NCBI RefSeq assembly: GCF_009914755.1
Contig: NC_060942.1
DNA from: the human T2T-CHM13v2.0 reference genome, Homo sapiens
Length of the DNA stretch: 64,000 bases
Direction: 5' to 3' (one strand)
Part shown: piece after piece, positions 25,601-40,600 of the stretch
How the letters are laid out: each line of letters opens with the position of its first letter
How positions within the stretch are numbered: the first letter of the stretch is position 1
Program-made: the position numbers and the translations under genes
The notes under the pieces: model-generated
What the model saw: only the letters and a program-made list of their open reading frames with translations
Told to the model about the DNA's origin: nothing
Databases searched by the model: none

Positions 25601-28600
25601 ATATCGTCCCATAAAAACTGGACAGAAGCATTCTCACAAACTGCTTTGTGACGTATGTCTTCAACTAACAGAGTTGAACATTTCTATTCACAGAGCAGTT
25701 TTGAAAGACTCTTTTGGAGTATCTGCTAGTGGATATTTGGAGAGCTTTAAGGATTTCATTGGAAACCGGAATATCTTCAGGTAAAATCTAGACAGAGGCA
25801 TTCTCAGAAACTTCTTCGTAATGTGTGTCCTCAACTAACAGTGTACAACCTATCTTTTGATACAGCACGTTGGAAACACTCTTTTTATAGAATCTGCAAG
25901 TGGATAGTTGGATAGCTCTAACGATTTCGTTGGAAACGGGAATACCTTCATATAAAATCTAGACAGTGGCACTCTCAGAAACTGCTTTGTGATATCTGCA
26001 TTCAAGCCACAGAGTTGAACATTTCCCTTCCTGAAGCAGGTTTGAAACACTCTTTTTGTCGTATCTGGAAGTGGACATTTGGAGCACTTTGACGCCTTTG
26101 GTGAAAAAGGAAATGTCTTCCCATGAAAACTAGACAGAAGCATTCTAAGAAACATTTTTGGGATATATGTACTCAACTAACAGAGTTCAACCTTTCTCTT
26201 TATATATCAGTTTTGGAAAGCTCTTTATGTGGAATCTGCAGATGGATATTCGGATAGCTCTGAGGATTTCGTTGGAGACGGGAATACATAAAGAAAGTAG
26301 ACAGCAGCATTCTCAGGAGATTCTTTGTGATGTTTGCTTCTAAGTCACAGAGTTGAATATTCCCTTCAATAGAGCAGGTTTTAAACACTCTTTCTGTAGT
26401 ATCTGGAAGTGGACATTTCGATCGATTTCAGGCCTATGTTGAAAAAGGAAATACCTTAACATAAAAACTAGACAGAAGCATTCTCAGAAACGTCTTTGTG
26501 ATGTGTGTCCTCAACTAACAGAGTTCAACCTTTCTTATGATACAGCAGTTTGGAAACACTGTTTTTATAGAATTTGCAAGTTGATACATGGATAGCCCTA
26601 ACTATTTCGTTGGAAACGGGAATATCTTCATATAAAACCTAGACAGAAGCATTCTCAGAAACTACTTTGTGATATCTGCATTGATATCAGAGAGTTGAAT
26701 ATTCCCTTTCTAAGGGCAGGCTTGAAAGCGTCTTTTCGTGGAATCTGCAGGAGGATATTTGGATAGCTTTGAGGGTTACGTTGGAAACGAGATTACATAT
26801 ACAAAGTAGACAGCAGCATTCTCAGAAGCTTCTTTGTGATGTTTGCGTTTAAGTCACAGAGTTGAACGTTCCCTTTCATAGAGCAGGTTTCAAACCCTCT
26901 TTCTGCAGTATCTGGAAGTGGACATTTCGAGCGCTTTCAGGCCCATGGTGAACAAGGAAATATCTTCCCATGCAAACTAGACAGAAGCATTCGCAGAAAC
27001 TTGTTTGTGATGTGTGTCCTCAACTCACGGAGTTGAACATTTCGTTTGACAGAGCAGTTTGGAAACACGATTTTTGTAGAATCTGCAAGTGGATATTTGG
27101 ATGGCTTTGTGGATTTCGTTGGAAACGGGAGTATCTTCATAGACAACCTAGACAGTAACATGCTCAGAAACTGTTTTGTGATATCTGCATTCACGTCACA
27201 GAGTTGAACATTCCCTTTCATAGAGCAGGTTTGAAACACACTTTCTGTAGTATCTGGATGTGGGCACTTGGAGCGCTTGGACGCTTATGGTGAAAAAGGA
27301 CATATCGTCCCATAAAAACTGGACAGAAGCATTCTCACAAACTGCTTTGTGACGTATGTCTTCAACTAACAGAGTTGAACATTTCTATTCACAGAGCAGT
27401 TTTGAAAGACTCTTTTGGAGTATCTGCTAGTGGATATTTGGAGAGCTTTAAGGATTTCATTGGAAACCGGAATATCTTCAGGTAAAATCTAGACAGAGGC
27501 ATTCTCAGAAACTTCTTCGTAATGTGTGTCCTCAACTAACAGTGTACAACCTATCTTTTGATACAGCACGTTGGAAACACTCTTTTTATAGAATCTGCAA
27601 GTGGATAGTTGGATAGCTCTAACGATTTCGTTGGAAACGGGAATACCTTCATATAAAATTTAGACAGTGGCACTCTCAGAAACTGCTTTGTGATATCTGC
27701 ATTCAAGCCACAGAGTTGAACATTTCCCTTCCTAAAGCAGGTTTGAAACACTCTTTCTGTCGTATCTGGAAGTGGACATTTGGAGCACTTTGACGCCTTT
27801 GGTGAAAAAGGAAATGTCTTCCCATCAAAACTAGACAGAAGCATTCTAAGAAACATTTTTGGGATATATGTACTCAACTAACAGAGTTGAACCTTTCTCT
27901 TTATAGATCAGTTTTGGAAAGCTCTTTATGTGGAATCTGCAGATGGATATTCGGATAGCTCTGAGGATTTCGTTGGAGACGGGAATACATAAAGAAAGTA
28001 GACAGCAGCATTCTCAGGAGATTCTTTGTGATGTTTGCTTCTAAGTCACAGAGTTGAATATTCCCTTCAATAGAGCAGGTTTGAAACACTCTTTCTGTAG
28101 TATCTGGAAGTGGACATTTCGATCGATTTCAGGCCTATGTTGAAAAAGGAAATACCTTAACATAAAAACTAGACAGAAGCATTCTCAGAAACGTCTTTGT
28201 GATGTGTGTCCTCAACTAACAGAGTTCAACCTTTCTTATGATACAGCAGTTTGGAAACACTCTTTTTATAGAATTTGCAAGTTGATACATGGATAGCCCT
28301 AACTATTTCGTTGGAAACGGGAATATCTTCATATAAAACCTAGGCAGAAGCACTCTCAGAAACTACTTTGTGATATCTGCATTGATATCAGAGAGTTGAA
28401 TATTCCCTTTCTAAGGGCAGGCTTGAAAGCGTCTTTTTGTGGAATCTGCAGGAGGATATTTGGATAGCTTGGAGGGTTACGTTGGAAACGGGATTACATA
28501 TACAAAGTAGACAGCAGCATTCTCAGAAGCTTCTTTGTGATGTTTGCGTTTAAGTCACAGAGTTGAACGTTCCCTTTCATAGAGCAGGTTTCAAACCCTC

Positions 28601-31600
28601 TTTCTGCAGTATCTGGAAGTGGACATTTCGAGCGCTTTCAGGCCCATGGTGAACAAGGAAATATCTTCCCATGCAAACTAGACAGAAGCATTCGCAGAAA
28701 CTTGTTTGTGATGTGTGTCCTCAACTCACGGAGTTGAACATTTCGTTTGACAGAGCAGTTTGGAAACACGATTTTTGTAGAATCTGCAAGTGGATATTTG
28801 GATGGCTTTGTGGATTTCGTTGGAAACGGGAGTATCTTCACAGACAACCTAGACAGTAACATGCTCAGAAACTGTTTTGTGATATCTGCATTCACGTCAC
28901 AGAGTTGAACATTCCCTTTCATAGAGCAGGTTTGAAACACACTTTCTGTAGTATCTGGATGTGGGCACTTGGAGCTCTTGGACGCTTATGGTGAAAAAGG
29001 ACATATCGTCCCATAAAAACTGGACAGAAGCATTCTCACAAACTGCTTTGTGACGTATGTCTTCAACTAACAGAGTTGAACATTTCTATTCACAGAGCAG
29101 TTTTGAAAGACTCTTTTGGAGTATCTGCTAGTGGATATTTGGAGAGCTTTAAGGATTTCATTGGAAACCGGAATATCTTCAGGTAAAATCTAGACAGAGG
29201 CATTCTCAGAAACTTCTTCGTAATGTGTGTCCTCAACTAACAGTGTACAACCTATCTTTTGATACAGCACGTTGGAAACACTCTTTTTATAGAATCTGCA
29301 AGTGGATAGTTGGATAGCTCTAACGATTTCGTTGGAAACGGGAATACCTTCATATAAAATCTAGACAGTGGCACTCTCAGAAACTGCTTTGTGATATCTG
29401 CATTCAAGCCACAGAGTTGAACATTTCCCTTCCTGAAGCAGGTTTGAAACACTCTTTTTGTCGTATCTGGAAGTGGACATTTGGAGCACTTTGACGCCTT
29501 TGGTGAAAAAGGAAATGTCTTCCCATGAAAACTAGACAGAAGCATTCTAAGAAACATTTTTGGGATATATGTACTCAACTAACAGAGTTCAACCTTTCTC
29601 TTTATATATCAGTTTTGGAAAGCTCTTTATGTGGATTCTGCAGATGGATATTCGGATAGCTCTGAGGATTTCGTTGGAGACGGGAATACATAAAGAAAGT
29701 AGACAGCAGCATTCTCAGGAGATTCTTTGTGATGTTTGCTTCTAAGTCACAGAGTTGAATATTCCCTTCAATAGAGCAGGTTTTAAACACTCTTTCTGTA
29801 GTATCTGGAAGTGGACATTTCGATCGATTTCAGGCCTATGTTGAAAAAGGAAATACCTTAACATAAAAACTAGACAGAAGCATTCTCAGAAACGTCTTTG
29901 TGATGTGTGTCCTCAACTAACAGAGTTCAACCTTTCTTATGATACAGCAGTTTGGAAACACTGTTTTTATAGAATTTGCAAGTTGATACATGGATAGCCC
30001 TAACTATTTCGTTGGAAACGGGAATATCTTCATATAAAACCTAGACAGAAGCATTCTCAGAAACTACTTTGTGATATCTGCATTGATATCAGAGAGTTGA
30101 ATATTCCCTTTCTAAGGGCAGGCTTGAAAGCGTCTTTTCGTGGAATCTGCAGGAGGATATTTGGATAGCTTTGAGGGTTACGTTGGAAACGAGATTACAT
30201 ATACAAAGTAGACAGCAGCATTCTCAGAAGCTTCTTTGTGATGTTTGCGTTTAAGTCACAGAGTTGAACGTTCCCTTTCATAGAGCAGGTTTCAAACCCT
30301 CTTTCTGCAGTATCTGGAAGTGGACATTTCGAGCGCTTTCAGGCCCATGGTGAACAAGGAAATATCTTCCCATGCAAACTAGACAGAAGCATTCGCAGAA
30401 ACTTGTTTGTGATGTGTGTCCTCAACTCACGGAGTTGAACATTTCGTTTGACAGAGCAGTTTGGAAACACGATTTTTGTAGAATCTGCAAGTGGATATTT
30501 GGATGGCTTTGTGGATTTCGTTGGAAACGGGAGTATCTTCATAGACAACCTAGACAGTAACATGCTCAGAAACTGTTTTGTGATATCTGCATTCACGTCA
30601 CAGAGTTGAACATTCCCTTTCATAGAGCAGGTTTGAAACACACTTTCTGTAGTATCTGGATGTGGGCACTTGGAGCGCTTGGACGCTTATGGTGAAAAAG
30701 GACATATCGTCCCATAAAAACTGGACAGAAGCATTCTCACAAACTGCTTTGTGACGTATGTCTTCAACTAACAGAGTTGAACATTTCTATTCACAGAGCA
30801 GTTTTGAAAGACTCTTTTGGAGTATCTGCTAGTGGATATTTGGAGAGCTTTAAGGATTTCATTGGAAACCGGAATATCTTCAGGTAAAATCTAGACAGAG
30901 GCATTCTCAGAAACTTCTTCGTAATGTGTGTCCTCAACTAACAGTGTACAACCTATCTTTTGATACAGCACGTTGGAAACACTCTTTTTATAGAATCTGC
31001 AAGTGGATAGTTGGATAGCTCTAACGATTTCGTTGGAAACGGGAATACCTTCATATAAAATTTAGACAGTGGCACTCTCAGAAACTGCTTTGTGATATCT
31101 GCATTCAAGCCACAGAGTTGAACATTTCCCTTCCTAAAGCAGGTTTGAAACACTCTTTCTGTCGTATCTGGAAGTGGACATTTGGAGCACTTTGACGCCT
31201 TTGGTGAAAAAGGAAATGTCTTCCCATCAAAACTAGACAGAAGCATTCTAAGAAACATTTTTGGGATATATGTACTCAACTAACAGAGTTGAACCTTTCT
31301 CTTTATAGATCAGTTTTGGAAAGCTCTTTATGTGGAATCTGCAGATGGATATTCGGATAGCTCTGAGGATTTCGTTGGAGACGGGAATACATAAAGAAAG
31401 TAGACAGCAGCATTCTCAGGAGATTCTTTGTGATGTTTGCTTCTAAGTCACAGAGTTGAATATTCCCTTCAATAGAGCAGGTTTGAAACACTCTTTCTGT
31501 AGTATCTGGAAGTGGACATTTCGATCGATTTCAGGCCTATGTTGAAAAAGGAAATACCTTAACATAAAAACTAGACAGAAGCATTCTCAGAAACGTCTTT

Positions 31601-34600
31601 GTGATGTGTGTCCTCAACTAACAGAGTTCAACCTTTCTTATGATACAGCAGTTTGGAAACACTCTTTTTATAGAATTTGCAAGTTGATACATGGATAGCC
31701 CTAACTATTTCGTTGGAAACGGGAATATCTTCATATAAAACCTAGGCAGAAGCACTCTCAGAAACTACTTTGTGATATCTGCATTGATATCAGAGAGTTG
31801 AATATTCCCTTTCTAAGGGCAGGCTTGAAAGCGTCTTTTCGTGGAATCTGCGGGAGGATATTTGGATAGCTTTGAGGGTTACGTTGGAAACGGGATTACA
31901 TATACAAAGTAGACAGCAGCATTCTCAGAAGCTTCTTTGTGATGTTTGCGTTTAAGTCACAGAGTTGAACGTTCCCTTTCATAGAGCAGGTTTCAAACCC
32001 TCTTTCTGCAGTATCTGGAAGTGGACATTTCGAGCGCTTTCAGGCCCATGGTGAACAAGGAAATATCTTCCCATGCAAACTAGACAGAAGCATTCGCAGA
32101 AACTTGTTTGTGATGTGTGTCCTCAACTCACGGAGTTGAACATTTCGTTTGACAGAGCAGTTTGGAAACACGATTTTTGTAGAATCTGCAAGTGGATATT
32201 TGGATGGCTTTGTGGATTTCGTTGGAAACGGGAGTATCTTCACAGACAACCTAGACAGTAACATGCTCAGAAACTGTTTTGTGATATCTGCATTCACGTC
32301 ACAGAGTTGAACATTCCCTTTCATAGAGCAGGTTTGAAACACACTTTCTGTAGTATCTGGATGTGGGCACTTGGAGCTCTTGGACGCTTATGGTGAAAAA
32401 GGACATATCGTCCCATAAAAACTGGACAGAAGCATTCTCACAAACTGCTTTGTGACGTATGTCTTCAACTAACAGAGTTGAACATTTCTATTCACAGAGC
32501 AGTTTTGAAAGACTCTTTTGGAGTATCTGCTAGTGGATATTTGGAGAGCTTTAAGGATTTCATTGGAAACCGGAATATCTTCAGGTAAAATCTAGACAGA
32601 GGCATTCTCAGAAACTTCTTCGTAATGTGTGTCCTCAACTAACAGTGTACAACCTATCTTTTGATACAGCACGTTGGAAACACTCTTTTTATAGAATCTG
32701 CAAGTGGATAGTTGGATAGCTCTAACGATTTCGTTGGAAACGGGAATACCTTCATATAAAATCTAGACAGTGGCACTCTCAGAAACTGCTTTGTGATATC
32801 TGCATTCAAGCCACAGAGTTGAACATTTCCCTTCCTGAAGCAGGTTTGAAACACTCTTTTTGTCGTATCTGGAAGTGGACATTTGGAGCACTTTGACGCC
32901 TTTGGTGAAAAAGGAAATGTCTTCCCATGAAAACTAGACAGAAGCATTCTAAGAAACATTTTTGGGATATATGTACTCAACTAACAGAGTTCAACCTTTC
33001 TCTTTATATATCAGTTTTGGAAAGCTCTTTATGTGGAATCTGCAGATGGATATTCGGATAGCTCTGAGGATTTCGTTGGAGACGGGAATACATAAAGAAA
33101 GTAGACAGCAGCATTCTCAGGAGATTCTTTGTGATGTTTGCTTTTAAGTCACAGAGTTGAATATTCCCTTCAATAGAGCAGGTTTGAAACACTCTTTCTG
33201 TAGTATCTGGAAGTGGACATTTTGATCGATTTCAGGCCTATGTTGAAAAAGGAAATACCTTAACATCAAAACTAGACAGAAGCATTCTCAGAAACGTCTT
33301 TGTGATGTGTGTCCTCAACTAACAGAGTTCAACCTTTCTTATGATACAGCAGTTTGGAAACACTCTTTTTATAGAATTTGCAAGTTGATACATGGATAGC
33401 CCTAACTATTTCGTTGGAAACGGGAATATCTTCATATAAAACCTAGGCAGAAGCACTCTCAGAAACTACTTTGTGATATCTGCATTGATATCAGAGAGTT
33501 GAATATTCCCTTTCTAAGGGCAGGCTTGAAAGCGTCTTTTCGTGGAATCTGCAGGAGGATATTTGGATAGCTTTGAGGGTTACGTTGGAAACGGGATTAC
33601 ATATACAAAGTAGACAGCAGCATTCTCGGAAGCTTCTTTGTGATGTTTGCTTTTAAGTCACAGAGTTGAACCTTCCCTTTCATAGAGCAGGTTTCAAACC
33701 CTCTTTCTGCAGTATCTGGAAGTGGACATTTCGAGCGCTTTCAGGCCCATGGTGAACAAGGAAATATCTTCCCATGCAAACTAGACAGAAGCATTCGCAG
33801 AAACTTGTTTGTGATGTGTGTCCTCAACTCACGGAGTTGAACATTTCGTTTGACAGAGCAGTTTGGAAACACGATTTTTGTAGAATCTGCAAGTGGATAT
33901 TTGGATGGCTTTGTGGATTTCGTTGGAAACGGGAGTATCTTCACAGACAACCTAGACAGTAACATGCTCAGAAACTGTTTTGTGATATCTGCATTCACGT
34001 CACAGAGTTGAACATTCCCTTTCATAGAGCAGGTTTGAAACACACTTTCTGTAGTATCTGGATGTGGGCACTTGGAGCTCTTGGACGCTTATGGTGAAAA
34101 AGGACATATCGTCCCATAAAAACTGGACAGAAGCATTCTCACAAACTGCTTTGTGACGTATGTCTTCAACTAACAGAGTTGAACATTTCTATTCACAGAG
34201 CAGTTTTGAAAGACTCTTTTGGAGTATCTGCTAGTGGATATTTGGAGAGCTTTAAGGATTTCATTGGAAACCGGAATATCTTCAGGTAAAATCTAGACAG
34301 AGGCATTCTCAGAAACTTCTTCGTAATGTGTGTCCTCAACTAACAGTGTACAACCTATCTTTTGATACAGCACGTTGGAAACACTCTTTTTATAGAATCT
34401 GCAAGTGGATAGTTGGATAGCTCTAACGATTTCGTTGGAAACGGGAATACCTTCATATAAAATCTAGACAGTGGCACTCTCAGAAACTGCTTTGTGATAT
34501 CTGCATTCAAGCCACAGAGTTGAACATTTCCCTTCCTGAAGCAGGTTTGAAACACTCTTTTTGTCGTATCTGGAAGTGGACATTTGGAGCACTTTGACGC

Positions 34601-37600
34601 CTTTGGTGAAAAAGGAAATGTCTTCCCATGAAAACTAGACAGAAGCATTCTAAGAAACATTTTTGGGATATATGTACTCAACTAACAGAGTTCAACCTTT
34701 CTCTTTATATATCAGTTTTGGAAAGCTCTTTATGTGGAATCTGCAGATGGATATTCGGATAGCTCTGAGGATTTCGTTGGAGACGGGAATACATAAAGAA
34801 AGTAGACAGCAGCATTCTCAGGAGATTCTTTGTGATGTTTGCTTCTAAGTCACAGAGTTGAATATTCCCTTCAATAGAGCAGGTTTTAAACACTCTTTCT
34901 GTAGTATCTGGAAGTGGACATTTCGATCGATTTCAGGCCTATGTTGAAAAAGGAAATACCTTAACATAAAAACTAGACAGAAGCATTCTCAGAAACGTCT
35001 TTGTGATGTGTGTCCTCAACTAACAGAGTTCAACCTTTCTTATGATACAGCAGTTTGGAAACACTGTTTTTATAGAATTTGCAAGTTGATACATGGATAG
35101 CCCTAACTATTTCGTTGGAAACGGGAATATCTTCATATAAAACCTAGACAGAAGCATTCTCAGAAACTACTTTGTGATATCTGCATTGATATCAGAGAGT
35201 TGAATATTCCCTTTCTAAGGGCAGGCTTGAAAGCGTCTTTTCGTGGAATCTGCAGGAGGATATTTGGATAGCTTTGAGGGTTACGTTGGAAACGAGATTA
35301 CATATACAAAGTAGACAGCAGCATTCTCAGAAGCTTCTTTGTGATGTTTGCGTTTAAGTCACAGAGTTGAACGTTCCCTTTCATAGAGCAGGTTTCAAAC
35401 CCTCTTTCTGCAGTATCTGGAAGTGGACATTTCGAGCGCTTTCAGGCCCATGGTGAACAAGGAAATATCTTCCCATGCAAACTAGACAGAAGCATTCGCA
35501 GAAACTTGTTTGTGATGTGTGTCCTCAACTCACGGAGTTGAACATTTCGTTTGACAGAGCAGTTTGGAAACACGATTTTTGTAGAATCTGCAAGTGGATA
35601 TTTGGATGGCTTTGTGGATTTCGTTGGAAACGGGAGTATCTTCACAGACAACCTAGACAGTAACATGCTCAGAAACTGTTTTGTGATATCTGCATTCACG
35701 TCACAGAGTTGAACATTCCCTTTCATAGAGCAGGTTTGAAACACACTTTCTGTAGTATCTGGATGTGGGCACTTGGAGCTCTTGGACGCTTATGGTGAAA
35801 AAGGACATATCGTCCCATAAAAACTGGACAGAAGCATTCTCACAAACTGCTTTGTGACGTATGTCTTCAACTAACAGAGTTGAACATTTCTATTCACAGA
35901 GCAGTTTTGAAAGACTCTTTTGGAGTATCTGCTAGTGGATATTTGGAGAGCTTTAAGGATTTCATTGGAAACCGGAATATCTTCAGGTAAAATCTAGACA
36001 GAGGCATTCTCAGAAACTTCTTCGTAATGTGTGTCCTCAACTAACAGTGTACAACCTATCTTTTGATACAGCACGTTGGAAACACTCTTTTTATAGAATC
36101 TGCAAGTGGATAGTTGGATAGCTCTAACGATTTCGTTGGAAACGGGAATACCTTCATATAAAATCTAGACAGTGGCACTCTCAGAAACTGCTTTGTGATA
36201 TCTGCATTCAAGCCACAGAGTTGAACATTTCCCTTCCTGAAGCAGGTTTGAAACACTCTTTTTGTCGTATCTGGAAGTGGACATTTGGAGCACTTTGACG
36301 CCTTTGGTGAAAAAGGAAATGTCTTCCCATGAAAACTAGACAGAAGCATTCTAAGAAACATTTTTGGGATATATGTACTCAACTAACAGAGTTCAACCTT
36401 TCTCTTTATATATCAGTTTTGGAAAGCTCTTTATGTGGAATCTGCAGATGGATATTCGGATAGCTCTGAGGATTTCGTTGGAGACGGGAATACATAAAGA
36501 AAGTAGACAGCAGCATTCTCAGGAGATTCTTTGTGATGTTTGCTTTTAAGTCACAGAGTTGAATATTCCCTTCAATAGAGCAGGTTTGAAACACTCTTTC
36601 TGTAGTATCTGGAAGTGGACATTTTGATCGATTTCAGGCCTATGTTGAAAAAGGAAATACCTTAACATCAAAACTAGACAGAAGCATTCTCAGAAACGTC
36701 TTTGTGATGTGTGTCCTCAACTAACAGAGTTCAACCTTTCTTATGATACAGCAGTTTGGAAACACTCTTTTTATAGAATTTGCAAGTTGATACATGGATA
36801 GCCCTAACTATTTCGTTGGAAACGGGAATATCTTCATATAAAACCTAGGCAGAAGCACTCTCAGAAACTACTTTGTGATATCTGCATTGATATCAGAGAG
36901 TTGAATATTCCCTTTCTAAGGGCAGGCTTGAAAGCGTCTTTTTGTGGAATCTGCAGGAGGATATTTGGATAGCTTTGAGGGTTACGTTGGAAACGGGATT
37001 ACATATACAAAGTAGACAGCAGCATTCTCAGAAGCTTCTTTGTGATGTTTGCGTTTAAGTCACAGAGTTGAACCTTCCCTTTCATAGAGCAGGTTTCAAA
37101 CCCTCTTTCTGCAGTATCTGGAAGTGGACATTTCGAGCGCTTTCAGGCCCATGGTGAACAAGGAAATATCTTCCCATGCAAACTAGACAGAAGCATTCGC
37201 AGAAACTTGTTTGTGATGTGTGTCCTCAACTCACGGAGTTGAACATTTCGTTTGACAGAGCAGTTTGGAAACACGATTTTTGTAGAATCTGCAAGTGGAT
37301 ATTTGGATGGCTTTGTGGATTTCGTTGGAAACGGGAGTATCTTCACAGACAACCTAGACAGTAACATGCTCAGAAACTGTTTTGTGATATCTGCATTCAC
37401 GTCACAGAGTTGAACATTCCCTTTCATAGAGCAGGTTTGAAACACACTTTCTGTAGTATCTGGATGTGGGCACTTGGAGCTCTTGGACGCTTATGGTGAA
37501 AAAGGACATATCGTCCCATAAAAACTGGACAGAAGCATTCTCACAAACTGCTTTGTGACGTATGTCTTCAACTAACAGAGTTGAACATTTCTATTCACAG

Positions 37601-40600
37601 AGCAGTTTTGAAAGACTCTTTTGGAGTATCTGCTAGTGGATATTTGGAGAGCTTTAAGGATTTCATTGGAAACCGGAATATCTTCAGGTAAAATCTAGAC
37701 AGAGGCATTCTCAGAAACTTCTTCGTAATGTGTGTCCTCAACTAACAGTGTACAACCTATCTTTTGATACAGCACGTTGGAAACACTCTTTTTATAGAAT
37801 CTGCAAGTGGATAGTTGGATAGCTCTAACGATTTCGTTGGAAACGGGAATACCTTCATATAAAATCTAGACAGTGGCACTCTCAGAAACTGCTTTGTGAT
37901 ATCTGCATTCAAGCCACAGAGTTGAACATTTCCCTTCCTGAAGCAGGTTTGAAACACTCTTTTTGTCGTATCTGGAAGTGGACATTTGGAGCACTTTGAC
38001 GCCTTTGGTGAAAAAGGAAATGTCTTCCCATGAAAACTAGACAGAAGCATTCTAAGAAACATTTTTGGGATATATGTACTCAACTAACAGAGTTCAACCT
38101 TTCTCTTTATAGATCAGTTTTGGAAAGCTCTTTATGTGGAATCTGCAGATGGATATTCGGATAGCTCTGAGGATTTCGTTGGAGACGGGAATACATAAAG
38201 AAAGTAGACAGCAGCATTCTCAGGAGATTCTTTGTGATGTTTGCTTTTAAGTCACAGAGTTGAATATTCCCTTCAATAGAGCAGGTTTGAAACACTCTTT
38301 CTGTAGTATCTGGAAGTGGACATTTCGATCGATTTCAGGCCTATGTTGAAAAAGGAAATACCTTAACATAAAAACTAGACAGAAGCATTCTCAGAAACGT
38401 CTTTGTGATGTGTGTCCTCAACTAACAGAGTTCAACCTTTCTTATGATACAGCAGTTTGGAAACACTCTTTTTATAGAATTTGCAAGTTGATACATGGAT
38501 AGCCCTAACTATTTCGTTGGAAACGGGAATATCTTCATATAAAACCTAGGCAGAAGCACTCTCAGAAACTACTTTGTGATATCTGCATTGATATCAGAGA
38601 GTTGAATATTCCCTTTCTAAGGGCAGGCTTGAAAGCGTCTTTTTGTGGAATCTGCAGGAGGATATTTGGATAGCTTGGAGGGTTACGTTGGAAACGGGAT
38701 TACATATACAAAGTAGACAGCAGCATTCTCAGAAGCTTCTTTGTGATGTTTGCGTTTAAGTCACAGAGTTGAACCTTCCCTTTCATAGAGCAGGTTTCAA
38801 ACCCTCTTTCTGCAGTATCTGGAAGTGGACATTTCGAGCGCTTTCAGGCCCATGGTGAACAAGGAAATATCTTCCCATGCAAACTAGACAGAAGCATTCG
38901 CAGAAACTTGTTTGTGATGTGTGTCCTCAACTCACGGAGTTGAACATTTCGTTTGACAGAGCAGTTTGGAAACACGATTTTTGTAGAATCTGCAAGTGGA
39001 TATTTGGATGGCTTTGTGGATTTCGTTGGAAACGGGAGTATCTTCACAGACAACCTAGACAGTAACATGCTCAGAAACTGTTTTGTGATATCTGCATTCA
39101 CGTCACAGAGTTGAACATTCCCTTTCATAGAGCAGGTTTGAAACACACTTTCTGTAGTATCTGGATGTGGGCACTTGGAGCGCTTGGACGCTTATGGTGA
39201 AAAAGGACATATCGTCCCATAAAAACTGGACAGAAGCATTCTCACAAACTGCTTTGTGACGTATGTCTTCAACTAACAGAGTTGAACATTTCTATTCACA
39301 GAGCAGTTTTGAAAGACTCTTTTGGAGTATCTGCTAGTGGATATTTGGAGAGCTTTAAGGATTTCATTGGAAACCGGAATATCTTCAGGTAAAATCTAGA
39401 CAGAGGCATTCTCAGAAACTTCTTCGTCATGTGTGTCCTCAACTAACAGTGTACAACCTATCTTTTGATACAGCACGTTGGAAACACTCTTTTTATAGAA
39501 TCTGCAAGTGGATAGTTGGATAGCTCTAACGATTTCGTTGGAAACGGGAATACCTTCATATAAAATCTAGACAGTGGCACTCTCAGAAACTGCTTTGTGA
39601 TATCTGCATTCAAGCCACAGAGTTGAACATTTCCCTTCCTAAAGCAGGTTTGAAACACTCTTTTTGTCGTATCTGGAAGTGGACATTTGGAGCACTTTGA
39701 CGCCTTTGGTGAAAAAGGAAATGTCTTCCCATGAAAACTAGACAGAATCATTCTAAGAAACATTTTTGGGATATATGTACTCAACTAACAGAGTTGAACC
39801 TTTCTCTTTATAGATCAGTTTTGGAAAGCTCTTTATGTGGAATCTGCAGATGGATATTCGGATAGCTCTGAGGATTTCGTTGGAAACGGGAATACATAAA
39901 GAATGTAGACAGCAGCATTCTCAGGAGATTCTTTGTGATGTTTGCTTTTAAGTCACAGAGTTGAATATTCCCTTCAATAGAGCAGGTTTGAAACACTCTT
40001 TCTGTAGTATCTGGAAGTGGACATTTCGATCGATTTCAGGCCTATGTTGAAAAAGGAAATACCTTAACATAAAAACTAGACAGAAGCATTCTCAGAAACG
40101 TCTTTGTGATGTGTGTCCTCAACTAACAGAGTTCAACTTTTCTTATGATACAGCAGTTTGGAAACACTTTTTATAGAATTTGCAAGTTGATACATGGATA
40201 GCCCTAACTATTTCGTTGGAAACGGGAATATCTTCATATAAAACCTAGGCAGAAGCACTCTCAGAAACTACTTTGTGATATCTGCATTGATATCAGAGAG
40301 TTGAATATTCCCTTTCTAAGGGCAGGCTTGAAAGCGTCTTTTTGTGGAATCTGCAGGAGGATATTTGGATAGCTTGGAGGGTTACGTTGGAAACGGGATT
40401 ACATATACAAAGTAGACAGCAGCATTCTCAGAAGCTTCTTTGTGATGTTTGCGTTTAAGTCACAGAGTTGAACGTTCCCTTTCATAGAGCAGGTTTCAAA
40501 CCCTCTTTCTGCAGTATCTGGAAGTGGACATTTCGAGCGCTTTCAGGCCCATGGTGAACAAGGAAATATCTTCCCATGCAAACTAGACAGAAGCATTCGC

